The notes beneath the pieces are model-generated. The model did no database searches and was not told the DNA's origin. It was given only the letters and a program-made list of their open reading frames with translations. From the NCBI GenBank assembly GCA_964016885.1, contig OZ024742.1, positions 158,410,001 through 158,474,000 of the forward strand: 64,000 bases of DNA. Reading direction: 5' to 3'. Of the stretch, positions 38,600 to 51,224 are shown in pieces (position 1 is the stretch's first letter; every line of letters begins with the position of its first letter). A program made the position numbers and the translations under genes. This DNA is from Eledone cirrhosa. Taxonomy: Eukaryota.

Positions 38600-39724
38600 C
38601 ACGCACATATACACACGCACATATATATGGTGGTTGGGCAATGTGGTGAGTTGTTATGACAACTTGTTCTTTATCTCTGCACTTTCAGTTCAAATCCCGC
38701 CAACAATTTCTTTCGCTATAACCTGTCTTTAAGACACAAATCATTCCGTTTTCTTTGCACACATGATGATTATGCGTTCACGAGTTATTCATCCTTTAGC
38801 CTAGCATTCATTAATACATACAGAAAACACTTGCACACATCGCATTACTTTATTTATATTATAATTAATGTTGGAGTTATTGTGTATATCATTTTTTCTA
38901 CATAGTAATGTAGTATATTTGCTTGTTATTTGATATTTCTTTTATTATTCTTATTTTCCTCACATTTTTCGTTGCGCATATTCTCTACAAACCCATTAAA
39001 AATACTTCCACATCTACAAATATACTGATAAATTAAAACCTTTACGAATTAGATAGAACATACTCCAAAATAGAATTATGTGGCGTTACATAAATTTATA
39101 TACAAACCATTCACAAAATACAACAACGACAAAAAATCATAAGTTCCCTAATTCAACATTTTATAGTACACAGCCATGCGATCTCCTTTCGTGATCATGT
39201 AACACCACAAATGGGGTATTTTATCAAGCACGAAATGTCGACTAATAGATCCACATAAAAGGAGTTGTGCATTGCTTCCATAAAACTTTAGATTAAAAGC
39301 AGCAAACAAACCCACAACAGGAGGTTTTTCTAGATTCACCTAGTTTATTAGAGTAAATTCTATGCATTAATTACAATCGATACAATCGATCACGATGCTG
39401 ATGTAAGCCGATTAATGAATCTTATGGGGGGTTACACATATTTACGGCATCTCCTTTACTATCAAATAGGAGGGCCATGGGCTTATTGGCGTTTCCACGA
39501 GCAGTCGTATTTTGCAAATAAATAGTTTGTATATTCGAGGTAGATATTCTTAGGAGAAAAACCAACAGTTTCAGCTTGGGAGAGTGTAGAGACAACGGTC
39601 AACATCTTTTGATACTTTGGCTAAGTTTTGGAAAACCTTAATAAGTATATTTGAGATATTTAATCTATATTAAAGAAAACTAGAGAATCGTAACCGTAAA
39701 GCCGGCATACACAGCCTACGAATG

Positions 39725-39772
<48 letters not shown>

Positions 39773-40352
39773 GGCGTGTGTGTGTCTGGGTGTGTGTGCA
39801 TGTGTGTCTGTATCTGTGTGTGTCTGTGTGTGTGATTTGTGATATATAAAATAAATGACTAATGTCTGTCTGTAATCTTGACTGCATTTTATAATTTTTT
39901 GTCACCCAGATAGTTGAAAAGCGTTAGACTAAGTTATATCGCTTAATACATCTTATAATTTACTAATATATCAATTATCTTTCTTTTACAAGATTTTGAC
40001 ACATACGTAAATCTTTTCGACATTTCACTTATTAGATAGTTTGTTTCCAATACTTTTTTAAATGTCACGTTTTTGTTTTTCTTTCTACAATATAGTCGAA
40101 TTCATATGTAACGGGATATATTTATTTCAACATCTATTATATATTCAAAAGAAAAGTATTGTCTGTATGTTAGATGTTTACTTACTATGTTGACAAAAAA
40201 TTAACACAATGACATAGAAAAATGTGGGGAAATTAAACATGATAGGCAAATTGATGCGATACACAAACGTCAAAACAAGTAAACGTTCAACATGTAGACG
40301 TTCAACGTGTCTAAACTAGTTATGAGATAGAACTGGATGTGACCGGTGAATA

Positions 40353-40373
40353 TATAGACAGACGGGTAGACAA

Positions 40374-40408
<35 letters not shown>

Positions 40409-40410
40409 TA
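40353..40410. repeat. (AGAT)n run at the 3' end of Tx1 copy B
   Basis: Read directly. Confidence 0.9.
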
Positions 40411-40624
40411 TTTCTTTATTTACCATAAAGGCATAAAAAGAAGGGACAAATACAAAGGGGGAGTTTACATAAAACCGAGTAAAAAGGGTATAAAATGAAA
40501 ATAATCGAAAACCACCTCAAAAAGGAGGGGACGTGATGGGGTTGCACACACCCCCGAAAAAGTGTGCAATCCTTTGCCCGGAGAGCACATGGAGAAGGTG
40601 CTCCCCTCTCCTTCACTTCTTTAC

Positions 40625-43600
40625 CTACAGGATGGTATACAGAGAAGGCCCATTTACACGAGCCATTCTCGCCACTATCACCCACCTTTCATAAAACTGC
40701 CCGTGGCCAAGCACCTCTCTCTCCATTCTTATCCTTCTTCCGAAGTGATATCGGAAGAAGTAGACCAGTCTATGGCCAGATAGGAAGTTTCCTGACCTCA
40801 GACCTTTCAATCGTGTCCACCAAACAACCTCTTTCAACATGGCTATTATGCACAGAAAAACCGCCTTTGCTTCCTTTGTGAAGAGGGGAGGGGGCTTGAT
40901 TGTCATCACGGACTCGGCGGTCAATCGAATCGGCGCCACCCGCGACAGCAGTCGTTCGGCGTAGCCCCACAGATCAGCCACGCCCGGACATTGCACCAAT
41001 GCGTGCGCAACGGTTTCTTCGTGACGCACGCATCTAGGGAAAATCTTTTTCGAGGGCTCCCTGCCCGGGCGCCCGTGTCTGTAGAGCTTTTCTCGAACGG
41101 GTAGAGCCCCCCGGTAGCACTGCCAGGCTAGTGACTTCTGGAAGTTGTCCATTGGTCCCGGGCCGAAAGTCCTACCGAACAGGCTGGCTAGCTCGTCCTT
41201 TTCCATGTCCAGCGACTCTCCAAGGGTGTCATCGCCCCTGCTAGCCACCAGCCCTCTATAGAATGACGAGGTGGATTCTCCACCGATGGCCGGGTCCGCT
41301 TGCCAGAGAGCCCTGAGCGCCTGGGCACACTCAGTGTGCCAGTCTCCCAGTTTTCTGGATCTTTGCTTGACCCAGGACTGCAGCTCGGTGAGCGAGACGA
41401 GTCTCGGAAAGGCTCGTTTCACGAACGGAGCCCACACGGGTTGACCAGTGAGGAATACCTGTAGGTGCCGTAGCCTTAATGCGTGCCTACTTATCATCAA
41501 CCACGGCATCCCCAGCTCTCCTTTCGAAGGTTGTTGGCAGCAGATGGATCTTCTCACCATAGGAGGGCGCTTCTTCCAAAGAAATTGAAAGAGCATGCGT
41601 TCCATGGTGGTGAGTGTTTCCTTAGGGCAAGGCACGACAGTCAGGCGGTAGTAAGTGACGGACGCTATGTAAATGTTCGCCACCTCCGCCCGACCTTTTA
41701 GGGACAGCTTACACTTGGCCCATTTCTGGGTTAGTGCAAACACCTTGTTCGTAACCTCGCCCCAGTTCTTTTCCACCTGGAGGTCCGGTCCAAACCAGAC
41801 CCCAAGCAACTTCACCGGGCCCTCCGTCCAGTGTCCGACGACACCGTCGGGAGGCATCGGTCTGCCTCTCCACGTTCCGAGTTGCAGCCCGATGGATTTT
41901 TCCCGGTTCAGTTTCGCTCCTGACAACCTTTCGTATTCCTCCAGTAAGGTACCGATCGCCTCGATCTCCGAGTCGGTCGAAACAATTACTGTTACGTCAT
42001 CGGCGTAGGCCAACACCGCTTTGCTCAATCCTGGTTCCAGGGGGATACCCTGCAACAACTCCAACTTCCTCAGTAAAGGCTCGAGAGTCAATACGTACAG
42101 AAGGGAGGAGAGAGGCACTCCTGTCGAATGGATCGTGTGATTTCGAACGGCTTCGAAAGGTAGCCGTTCACCTTGATCCTAGAACAGGTGTGGTTGCTAT
42201 GTAAGGCAGTGATCCAACCTCTGAAAACAGGACCGAACCCAGCCGCCGCTAGCACCGCATCCAGGTAACCATGGTCGACACTATCGAACGCCTTAGACTG
42301 ATCCAAGTTGATCAGGGCGCCACCGAAGCCGGGTTTGTTGCCAACCCTCTCTATGATGTATCGTATGAGGTGGAGGTTGTCGTGAATGGACCTGGATGGG
42401 ATAGCACATGTCTGCGCATCTCCCACCAGGCCACCCACGACAAGCGCCAACCTCTTTGCTAACACCTTGGCCAAAATCTTTAACTCTGTGTTTAGCAGGG
42501 TTATGGGCCGAAAATTATTTATACTATCCCCCTTGTTCTCGTCCTTCCTCACCACCAAGACTACGCCCTTGGCTACAGAACAAGGAATGCTCCCGTTCTG
42601 CTGCCAATTGCAGTAGACTGCTTTGAGGAGTTCGGAGAAGAAGACCAGCATTGCTAAATAAAGTTCGTAAGGTATACCATCGAGACCTGGAGATTTGCGT
42701 CTGCTGCATTGGCTCAGCGCATCCCCGATCTCATCAGCCGAGATTGATCCCTCGCAGGACTCTGCCTCTTCGCTCGAGAGACGCGGCAGGCCGTCGAGGT
42801 ATGGACCGAAATCCACGTCCCCGCCCGGACCCTCGCCTCCCCCGAACAATCGGGCAAAGAGCCTTTGAAAGGCCTCGCACATCTGCTTAGGCTCCCGGAT
42901 CACCCGTCCATCCTCGTCTTGCAAAGACCGGATGGTGGATCGATTTCCACTCTTAGCGCTTCTGTCACGCGGGCCCAGCCAACGGCTTTGGCTCCCTCAT
43001 TACCTAGAGCACGTATTTTACTTCGAATGACGCAGCCTTCATGCTTTGCATCGAAAAACTGGCTCAAGGCCGTCCTCGATGCCAGCACTCTGGCCACATC
43101 TTCGCTCTTGATTGCCTCTTCTAATTTACCTGTTAATTCTTTCTCGTTCCTATTCCTATCGGCAGCTAACATCTTGCTATAACTTATTGATTCTGTTCTA
43201 ATCTCTCTTTTGAGAGATGCCCACCATCGGTTGTTGACGATTGCACCCGTCAACCTCTCCTTAACTAATATGCTAATCCGGTTTCTGTAAGTCTCTTTTG
43301 CCGGTAAAGACAAATTAAGTTTCCAGTAACCGGGACCCTGTCTATGTGTTTTCTCGAGATTGACTACGCAGGTCACTAATTTGTGATCTGTATAGCCAAC
43401 CGTGAGCATTTCTGGACAGCTTAATATGTCCCTATCCTTACTTCTAACTAAGAATCTATCTAAGTACGATCTAGATTGACCACTGTGGTTCGTTCAAGTC
43501 CAGGTTGGCACAGTTGGAAAATCTAGTCGATATCTATCGACCAAGTTAAAACGGTCGAGTAACTCCTTGAGGCTGTTACACCCCCTCTATTAGGACATGC

Positions 43601-44062
43601 TGCTGCATAGTCCCAACGTGCATCTAGGATGTCATTCCAATTCCCCGCTAGAAGCAGGGAACATGACGTTCCCAGAAAAGTCTCCAGCCGCTGGAAGAAG
43701 TCGGGTCGTTCAGCTCCGTAAGGGGAGTAGACGGCGACAAATCTCAAGGCCGCACCTTCACTACAGCCAACGTCTAGCACCAACAAACGACCTTCCGGGT
43801 CCGAGTGAACAACCTGTACCGCGAGACCCAGGTATTTTTCCAGCAGTACGACAACCCCACCCCCACCTCCAGGTTGACAGAGAGATGCATGCACCTCAAA
43901 GTCATCGAAGGTAGGGGCCAGCTGCCGTACGACGCTGATCCGAGTCTCACAGATAACCATTACATTTATACCACGTGACCTGAGGTCATTTAGAAGCTTT
44001 GTTTGCTTCCAAGTTGAGCCCAGGCCACGTGCATTCAAACATCCTACTCTTAACACATCCAT
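40625..44062 (-). pseudogene. Copy B ORF2: APE endonuclease + reverse transcriptase + C-terminal Cys/His motif; about three frameshifts
   Basis: GCLNARGL, ICETR, GNWND, TDHKLV, KSPGLDGIPYE, FRPITLLNTELKILAKVLA, LDQSKAFD, LAYADD, CVRHEETVAHALVQC. Confidence 0.92.
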
Positions 44063-44095
44063 GTGGGCGGCAAAGCCAGAGGAGAGTGTAGAGAC

Positions 44096-46006
44096 CTACC
44101 TTTCTTCTTCTCGGGGTTCGGGTTGCACGACTTCCATGGGGTCGGGGGTGTTGGGTGAAGGGGTGTCTTGTGGTGGTGTGGGGTCGTCAGTGTGTGGTGG
44201 GGTTGGGGTGTTTGGAGTTGTGTTGGGGAGGGGAAGGGGAGGGGGAAAGCTTTTTAGGAGGACGCGGTTTATGGGTTTGACAGAGGGTGGTCCTACGTCC
44301 TCCTTAAAATCCTTTTTTAGTTTTTGGTAGAGGTTCATTGGGATCTTTATTAATTTTAAATGTGGGTAGTTTTCTGAAGAAACAAAGTTTACCCCTTCGG
44401 TTTGTACCGAAGGGTTATTGTTTATGAGTTCATTTAATTTATTATTGTTTCTGTTGATGTAAGTATAGTGTAATGTCTTTTTTTCGGATGGTGTGAGTGT
44501 TTCGAAGAGGGGAGGGGCAGGTTTGATTTTGTTTGTTGGTGGAGGTTTGGTTTTGTTTTGTTGGATTGTGTTGACATTTGGGTAGGGGTTGTTTGGCCTT
44601 GTGTGTTTTGCACATGTTTTCTTTTTTTCCTTTTAATCTGTCTGAAGGACTCCGTTTCTTCCTCCGAATTCGTTGGGTTATCTTCAGTGTTGGAGGGAAG
44701 AGGTATGTTTGCTGGTAATGTTTCTGTGTTGGTTTTCTTTGTGGGGGAGATGGATGTCACTATGTTAGACTGTGTTGTGTGTTGTGGCTGCGGTGGTTGT
44801 GTTATTTTATTGAGTGAGGGGTTGGGTGGGACTGTGTTTTGTTTTTGGGTAATGTGTTGTGTCTGTTTGTGTTGTGGTGGTGGTGTAGTTTTACTGAGGG
44901 ACGGGTTGGGTGGGACTGAGTTTTGTAGTTTGTTTATCTGTTGTGGTGGTGGTGGAGCTGGTGTTGGTAGTAGGGTTTTCTTCTTGTTGAGTTGGGGACA
45001 AGCCGCCTTCAGGTGCCCTCTGCCTGCACAGATATGACAGGACGGCCTTCTCCCCTCCACGCTAATGTTTATATACCCGTGGCCCTCTAATAGGATTCTG
45101 TCGAGTATTTGGGCAATGCATTCAGGCTTCATTTGCACTACAAGTTCTATACCTGTTCCACTGAACGCATTGCCTGTGGTTTTCCCAATGGAAATCACGT
45201 TGTCATTCGCTGGATCGATGAAGCCAGCTATGAGCCAGCAGTAGTCCACATCTGGCATCATCGCATCCAGCCATATGCGCTGAGTTCTTTTACCCATATA
45301 AGATGGATAAAAGGTAAAATTTGTCGAACGAATCGGCGACAAAGCATTTTTTTTTTTGCCGCTGATTCGTTCTTCATAATAATCGCTAGGCTTCCATACA
45401 GCCTGTCTCTTCTTATGAAAGTGGCTTCATTAAGTACTTCTGTATGTACTGCTTTAATTTCTGCTTGTGTTGGTTGTTGAGGTTTTATTGAGATGTTGTT
45501 GATGGTGCGGTAAACGACCGTCCGACTTTCAATATCTTTGGTGAGTTCTTGGGGCATTTTTACCGATAAGGTTCCATTTTCCCCTTGAGTTATGTATTGT
45601 TTGGCGTTTTTTATTCTTTGTGCCACATCTGAAATATTTTCAGGTATATACAGTATGTTAAAGATTTCTTTGTTGTTTGTGCAAATGAAATATTATTGGT
45701 GTTGACTTTGTCGTCTGCTTTGCTTTCTGTTATGATGTTGTTTTCAAATGTTATTTTTGTGTTTGTTGTTTCTTTGTTTGTGGTATTAATATTGTCATGC
45801 AATTCTTGAAAATTTTTTTTGTTGTTGGAATCAATCTCCAGATTTGTGTTTTCGTCATTTTTCTCCGCACATTCGTCTGTTTTTATTTTATTTTTTCTTT
45901 CCTTCTCTATGACGTTAGTTGGGAAGGAAGGGGGGACTAAAGCGTGCGAGCTTACAACTCTTACCGCTGTCCCCCCACCACTATTTTCGTTAGCTTCGTT
46001 TAACAT
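44096..46006 (-). pseudogene. Copy B ORF1 (nucleic-acid chaperone, single CCHC zinc knuckle, P/T/Q-rich linker), frameshifted
   Basis: RRPSCHICAGRGHLKAAC = CX2CX4HX4C; homologous to copy D ORF1; ends EPREEER-stop. Confidence 0.85.
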
Positions 46007-46234
46007 TTCTGCCAGACGATTGAAATTTTATGCCACAAAATTTTTTAAAACAGGTTTTTCACCCATGGGAGGGGCGAAGATGAGCTGACCCACCGCCTGA
46101 CAGTTCAGACGGGGGGTCAAGCTACACAATAGTATCAAAATTAAAATTAAACTTACAAAATTTCCAAAATAAATTGGAACAAAACTTCTGCGCGAAGGGA
46201 ATTACGTCTACGCTGTTGAACAGACGACAGCTAG

Positions 46235-46235
<1 letters not shown>

Positions 46236-46330
<95 letters not shown>
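46236..46330. repeat. (AGAT)n run between copy B 5' end and copy C 3' end
   Basis: ~24 units. Confidence 0.95.
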
Positions 46331-46331
<1 letters not shown>

Positions 46332-46585
46332 TTCTTTATTAGCCACAGGGGCACAAAAGAAGGGGACAAATACAAAGGGGGAAGTTTACATACAATAAAA
46401 ACGTGTAAACTGTTATCACAGATGGAATTTAAAAGTTAGTCGATTTTCCCCAATAGAGGGAGACAGTTTATATGGGTAACACATACCCCCGAAAAAAAAA
46501 TGTGCAACCCTCATCTCCAGGAGTACGAAGAGCTTGTACTCCTTTCCTCTCCTCCTCCTTTTCCTCAACCTACAGGCTGAAGATT
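46331..46585 (-). mobile_element. Tx1 copy C: 3'UTR-only, 5'-truncated insertion
   Basis: TTTCTTTATTAGCCACAG..GGGACAAATACAAAGGGG..CCTACAGGCTGA matches the 3' ends of the other copies; (AGAT)n on both sides. Confidence 0.9.
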
Positions 46586-46586
46586 C

Positions 46587-46689
<103 letters not shown>

Positions 46690-49600
46690 CATCATCATCA
46701 GGTTGAACTTGCTCGGCCTTCTACGACACGTTTCCTCCATCCATCTCTGTCTCTCATAGCGTTTGTCAGTTCTTCCGCAGTACATCCAGTATCGTCCTCA
46801 AGTTGCTTGACGTATGTCTTCTTGGGACGACCAGCGTTTCTTGCTCCATGAGATGGACTCCATAACAATACATCGCCTGCTATTTCTTCCTTGCTGCGCC
46901 AACAGTGGCCAGCAAATCTGAGTCTCTGTTTACGTATTGACCTGCTGATAGGTGGTATATTGCCATAGAGATCCTTATTTGTTGGGTGTTCCTTCCAAGA
47001 TACGTTTAAAGCAGCACGGAACATACGTGCATATGCTCCGTCTATCTTTTTCTCCAGTTTTGACGTTAGCGTCCAAGTGACAGAGTCATAAACAAGCACA
47101 GATTCTACAGCAGCTCTGAAGAAATTCCTTTTCAGTTTGGCCGGCAGGTTTGATTCCCATATTTTTTCCATTGCATTCAATGCTCTCCACGCTTTTCCCA
47201 GTCTGATGTTAACATCATGTTCTGTGGAGGCGATATAGCTACCCAAGTATTTGAAGTCGTCAACTTGCTTCATTATATTGCCGTTTAGACTTCGTATACT
47301 AACTGAGGAGTCTTGGTTCAGGCAAATATATTCTGTTTTGCCTGCGTTGACATAGAGTCCGATTTCCTTTGCAACTGATTCGATGATGTGAAGTAGTGAT
47401 GTTGCATCCTTAAGGTAATCAGCGAGGACCGCTAGATCATCCGCATAGTCAGCATCGGTGATTTTCTGAGCTGCATGGTGTCTACACTTTCGTTTTGTGA
47501 GAGTGAAACCAAGCTCTAAGTTTTCGTCCAGGGCTTTTCTCAATACATATTCAAGGCAGATGATAAAAATATATGGTACAAGAGTATCCACTTGGAGTAA
47601 TCCTGCAATGATGTCAAAGAAGTTGGTATCTCCATCAGGTGAGCGTGGGTGTTTTTATATAACATCATGATGGCATTTACTGTTTCCTTTGGCAATCCGT
47701 AGGCTAGAAGTATCTCTCTCATCCTCCCACGATGGATGGAATCGAATGCTTTTGGAAAGTAAATAAACAGGAGAGTTTCTGGGAGGTTTTTGGCTTTTAC
47801 GCCTTCCAAGATACGCCGAATAGTAAGTATTTGCCCTGATGTTGATCTGTTGGTGCGGAAGCCATTTTGTTTTTTTCTCAGCAAGGGGTCAATGACAGGT
47901 CTTATTCTGTCAAGCAACATGAGATTATATATCTTTGCGGCAATTACCATTAGTGTTATGCCACGGTAGTTTTTAGCCATTCCAAGATCGTCCTTTTTGG
48001 GAAAGGGGAGTATACATCCCTCACTCCATTTGTTTATGGGGTCTTGATTATAGACACCATTACACAACTCTAGTAGGATTGGGTGAAATTCAGGTACCTT
48101 CCACACTTCAGCTGGGATCTCGTCGAGTCCGCACGCTTTTACGTTACCAATATTTTTCACTGCTTTCTGTAGTTCCTCCATAGTGAAAGGGCCTTTCTGT
48201 ATTTGGTATTCCTCTGTAAAAACGGGTATTATTTCTTCTTCGATGATCTGTGGTGCTTTGCCAAGTAGGTCCTGAAAATGTTGTTGCCACAGTTTTAAAT
48301 GTTCATCTTGGCTGGAGGCTTTCAGTTTGGCTCTGTCACTACTTTTTCTGCCACTAATTTCATTGACAGTTTTCCAGGCTTCAGCAGACCTCTTATTGCC
48401 GACAGTACTTGAGATATGATTGATCTTTTTCTCCATGTATTCGGCTTGCTCAATTTCATACTCACTTTTCAGTGCTGTACAAGCAGCATTGAAGTTACTA
48501 ATGTTTTCTAGAGATCGTTGAGTGCCTTTCAATTCTGCAGCTTTTCGCAACTCTTTGCGCTTTTGGCGTATCCTCTCTGTTTCCCGGGGTTTTCGTTTTT
48601 TAACCTTGGGTTTTAAAGGGATTGTGTCGGCCGCTGCCTCTTTGAATGCCATTTGAAAGTGGTTAAATGTAGAATTTGACGATTTTGTTGGCGCAGAGTC
48701 TTGTAGGGCAGCAAATCGGTTGCTCAGTTGGGTTACAAAGGTTTTGTAAGTCTCAGGATTGGTATTCAGAACTGCCCAGTTGTAAGGAGTAGCATTTGCA
48801 GATTTCTTTTTATCCACTCGGAGACTTAATCGTATCTTGGCCGAGACAATGCGATGATCCGAGTCAAAACTAACAAATGAGTCATATGCTCTGCAGTTTT
48901 TTGCGCTGTTCTTCCATTTTCGATTGATTATGATATAATCCAGTTGTGTCTTGTCGCCATTTGGAGATTTGTGTGTCCACCGCTGGCTTGGTCTTTTGGG
49001 GAATATGGCGTTGAGACATCGTAAATTGTTCTCACACAAGTAATCTTTTAGCATACAACCGTTTCTATTGGTTTGTGAGTGGTATGAGGATTTGAAGCCA
49101 TCAAGCTGCCCAAGACGCGCGTTGAAGTCTCCGCCAATGATGCGAACATTATGTTTCGGAAATTTGTCTAGTGAGTGATGTAGGTTCCATGTAAAACCTC
49201 TCCACTTGGGCCATGTCACATACATTTGTTGGACTATAGCAAGAGATTACAGGGGTTTTAGGATTCCCGTTAAACGTAGCTATCATTATCCTTGATGTTA
49301 TCATTTCAACACTCGCAAGTGCGTCATAGGCTCGCGGGCTGAAAAGCATTCCAACTCCACCATTTGCTGCATTCATGTTGTTTTTACAAGCTGAGCAGGT
49401 TCTCAGCCTCCAATTGCCAAATATTTGCTCCTTTGTTACAAGCTCTTCATGTATTAACCGGTGCTCCTGAAGACAGATAACATCATGGTTGGTCGCCCCT
49501 ACTGAAGCAATCAGTTCAGGGATTTTATGGTCTTTCTGGAGTGTTTTAACATTGAGTGTACCAGCAAAGATGTCTTTCTTTCCGTGTACAAGTTGGGGTG

Positions 49601-50286
49601 GTTGTTTTCTCCGTGTATGTTTCCCAGTATCTGATTTTTCGACTGCAATCTAGGAATCCGTTGCAAGACGCGCTCCTTGTTTAACCGCGCGACGAGCGCT
49701 GCGGGATGAACATCGAATGATTTGTGTCATATTTAGCTTTCAATAGCTAGATATACACTTGCGGTGGCTACTCCATACAAGTGAAAGCAGTACTCTGTAT
49801 TAGAGCGGTTGTGCCTCACCGAAACATCCAACAATAGTTGATATGATCGCCTTGCCACTAGTAGTATGAACCAAATTCACCGTTATTTGATCATTGCCTT
49901 ATCTACTGATACGACATCCTGCTTACCAATGTCGTCGTTTAACCCAGTCAGGGTTGGTTTGGCAGATTGCCTATCAAAGCCAAAGAGCTCTATCCGCCCC
50001 GGCTTTGAAATCAGTGTGGTCCCTCTCCTAGACAGATTGCCGACCAAGGCTACCAAATATACACTATATACACTATATACAAATTTACACAATTTTTGGA
50101 TGGCCGTTGACTCTTAAGAGTTCTTCCGCCCTTTGTCAGGTTTTGTTTTTGTCCTGCAGGATGTCCAAAATCACCCTCCTCACCAAGTAAACTTGATGGA
50201 GTTGTCGGTTTAGTCGACAACGACCCGACCATGCGACAGGTTGTACTGGGTTACATGTTACCAGCAGCACTCGAGAGTGGCCTGAC
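46690..50286 (-). mobile_element. RTE-clade LINE, near full length (~3.6 kb), nested in an (AGAT)n run
   Basis: Single EN-RT ORF, ~550-nt 5'UTR containing GCCTTGGTCGGCAATCTGTCTAGGAGAGGGA..CTGATTTCAAA, (TGA)n tail. Confidence 0.9.
46698..49730 (-). pseudogene. RTE ORF (APE-EN + RT) with a few frameshifts/stops
   Basis: GTLNVKTL, ICLQEHR, SCYSPT, GGDFNA, QLDYII, SDHRIV, NYRGITL, QNGFR..RST..QI, KAFDSI, DYADDL, FKYLGS, LRFAGHCWR, GRPKKTY. Confidence 0.9.
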
Positions 50287-50299
50287 ATAGATAGATACG

Positions 50300-50376
<77 letters not shown>
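50287..50376. repeat. (AGAT)n run; other half at 46589-46689
   Basis: Read directly. Confidence 0.95.
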
Positions 50377-50377
<1 letters not shown>

Positions 50378-51050
50378 TGTTTCGATATCAGCAACAGGAG
50401 CACAAAAGAAGGGGACAAATACAAAGGGGGTAGTTTACATACAATAAAAACGTGTAAAATAATATCACAAATGCAATTTAAAAAATGAGTCGATTTTCCC
50501 CAATAGGGGGAGACAGTTCATATGGGTAACACATGCACCCGAAAAAATGTGTAACCCTCATCTCCAGGAGTACGAAGAGTTTGTACCCCTTTCCTCTCTT
50601 CCTCTTTTTCTTCAACCTACAGGCTGATATAGAGAGAAGGCCCATTCACTCGGGCCATTCTCGCCACTTTCACCCACCATTCATAAAACTTGCTGGGGTA
50701 CAGCACCTCTCTCTCCATCCCGATTCTTCTTCCAAAGTGGTATTTGAAAAAAAGAATTAGTTGTTGGCCGGAGAGAAAGGTGTCTGACCTCAGCCCTTTC
50801 AACCTTGTCCACCATACAACCTCTTTCGCCATAGCTATCACACAAAGGAAAACCGCTTCTCCTTCGTTTTTGAAGGAGGGTGGCGTTTTGATCATGACAA
50901 TGGACTCGGTGGTCAACCGGATTGATCCCACCCGCGACAATAGTCGTTCTACATAGCCCCACAGGTCAGTGACGCCCGGGCAGTGTATGAATGCGTGCGC
51001 GACGGTTTCTTCGTCTCGCACGCACCCCGGACAGATCTTTTTTGCAGGGT
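50377..51050 (-). mobile_element. Tx1 copy C': 5'-truncated (ORF2 C-terminus + 3'UTR)
   Basis: CPGCVRDEETVAHAFIHCP...ARMARVNGPSLYISL-stop; 3'UTR close to copy C. Confidence 0.9.
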
Positions 51051-51224
51051 TTCTATTTATTGGGAACAAATACAGGGGGGGGGGTTCCACAAAAGAACGA
51101 GTAAAAAAACAAATTTACAATAAAGTCCTTAATAGGGGGTCGCACAAATCCCCGAAAAAGTGTGCAACCCTTCTCCTCAAAAGCACAGAGAGAGGGTGCT
51201 CCCTTGTTCTTCCATCTTGTTCAC

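Larger units (their letters stand above)
40411..46235 (-). mobile_element. Tx1/L1-clade LINE copy B, near full length (~5.8 kb), flanked by (AGAT)n on both sides
   Basis: 5'UTR, ORF1 with CCHC knuckle, ORF2 EN-RT-Cys, 3'UTR ending AATAAAGAAATATATCTATCT. Confidence 0.95.

Noticed and set aside
16376-39905. YIYI/HTHT/VCVC/SLSL/poly-L/poly-S ORFs
   Set aside because: Translations of di- and trinucleotide microsatellites.
44063-44098. Stop-codon readthrough from ORF1 to ORF2 (33-nt in-frame spacer in copy B)
   Set aside because: Spacers are 34 nt in A and 35 nt in D, so frame is not conserved.
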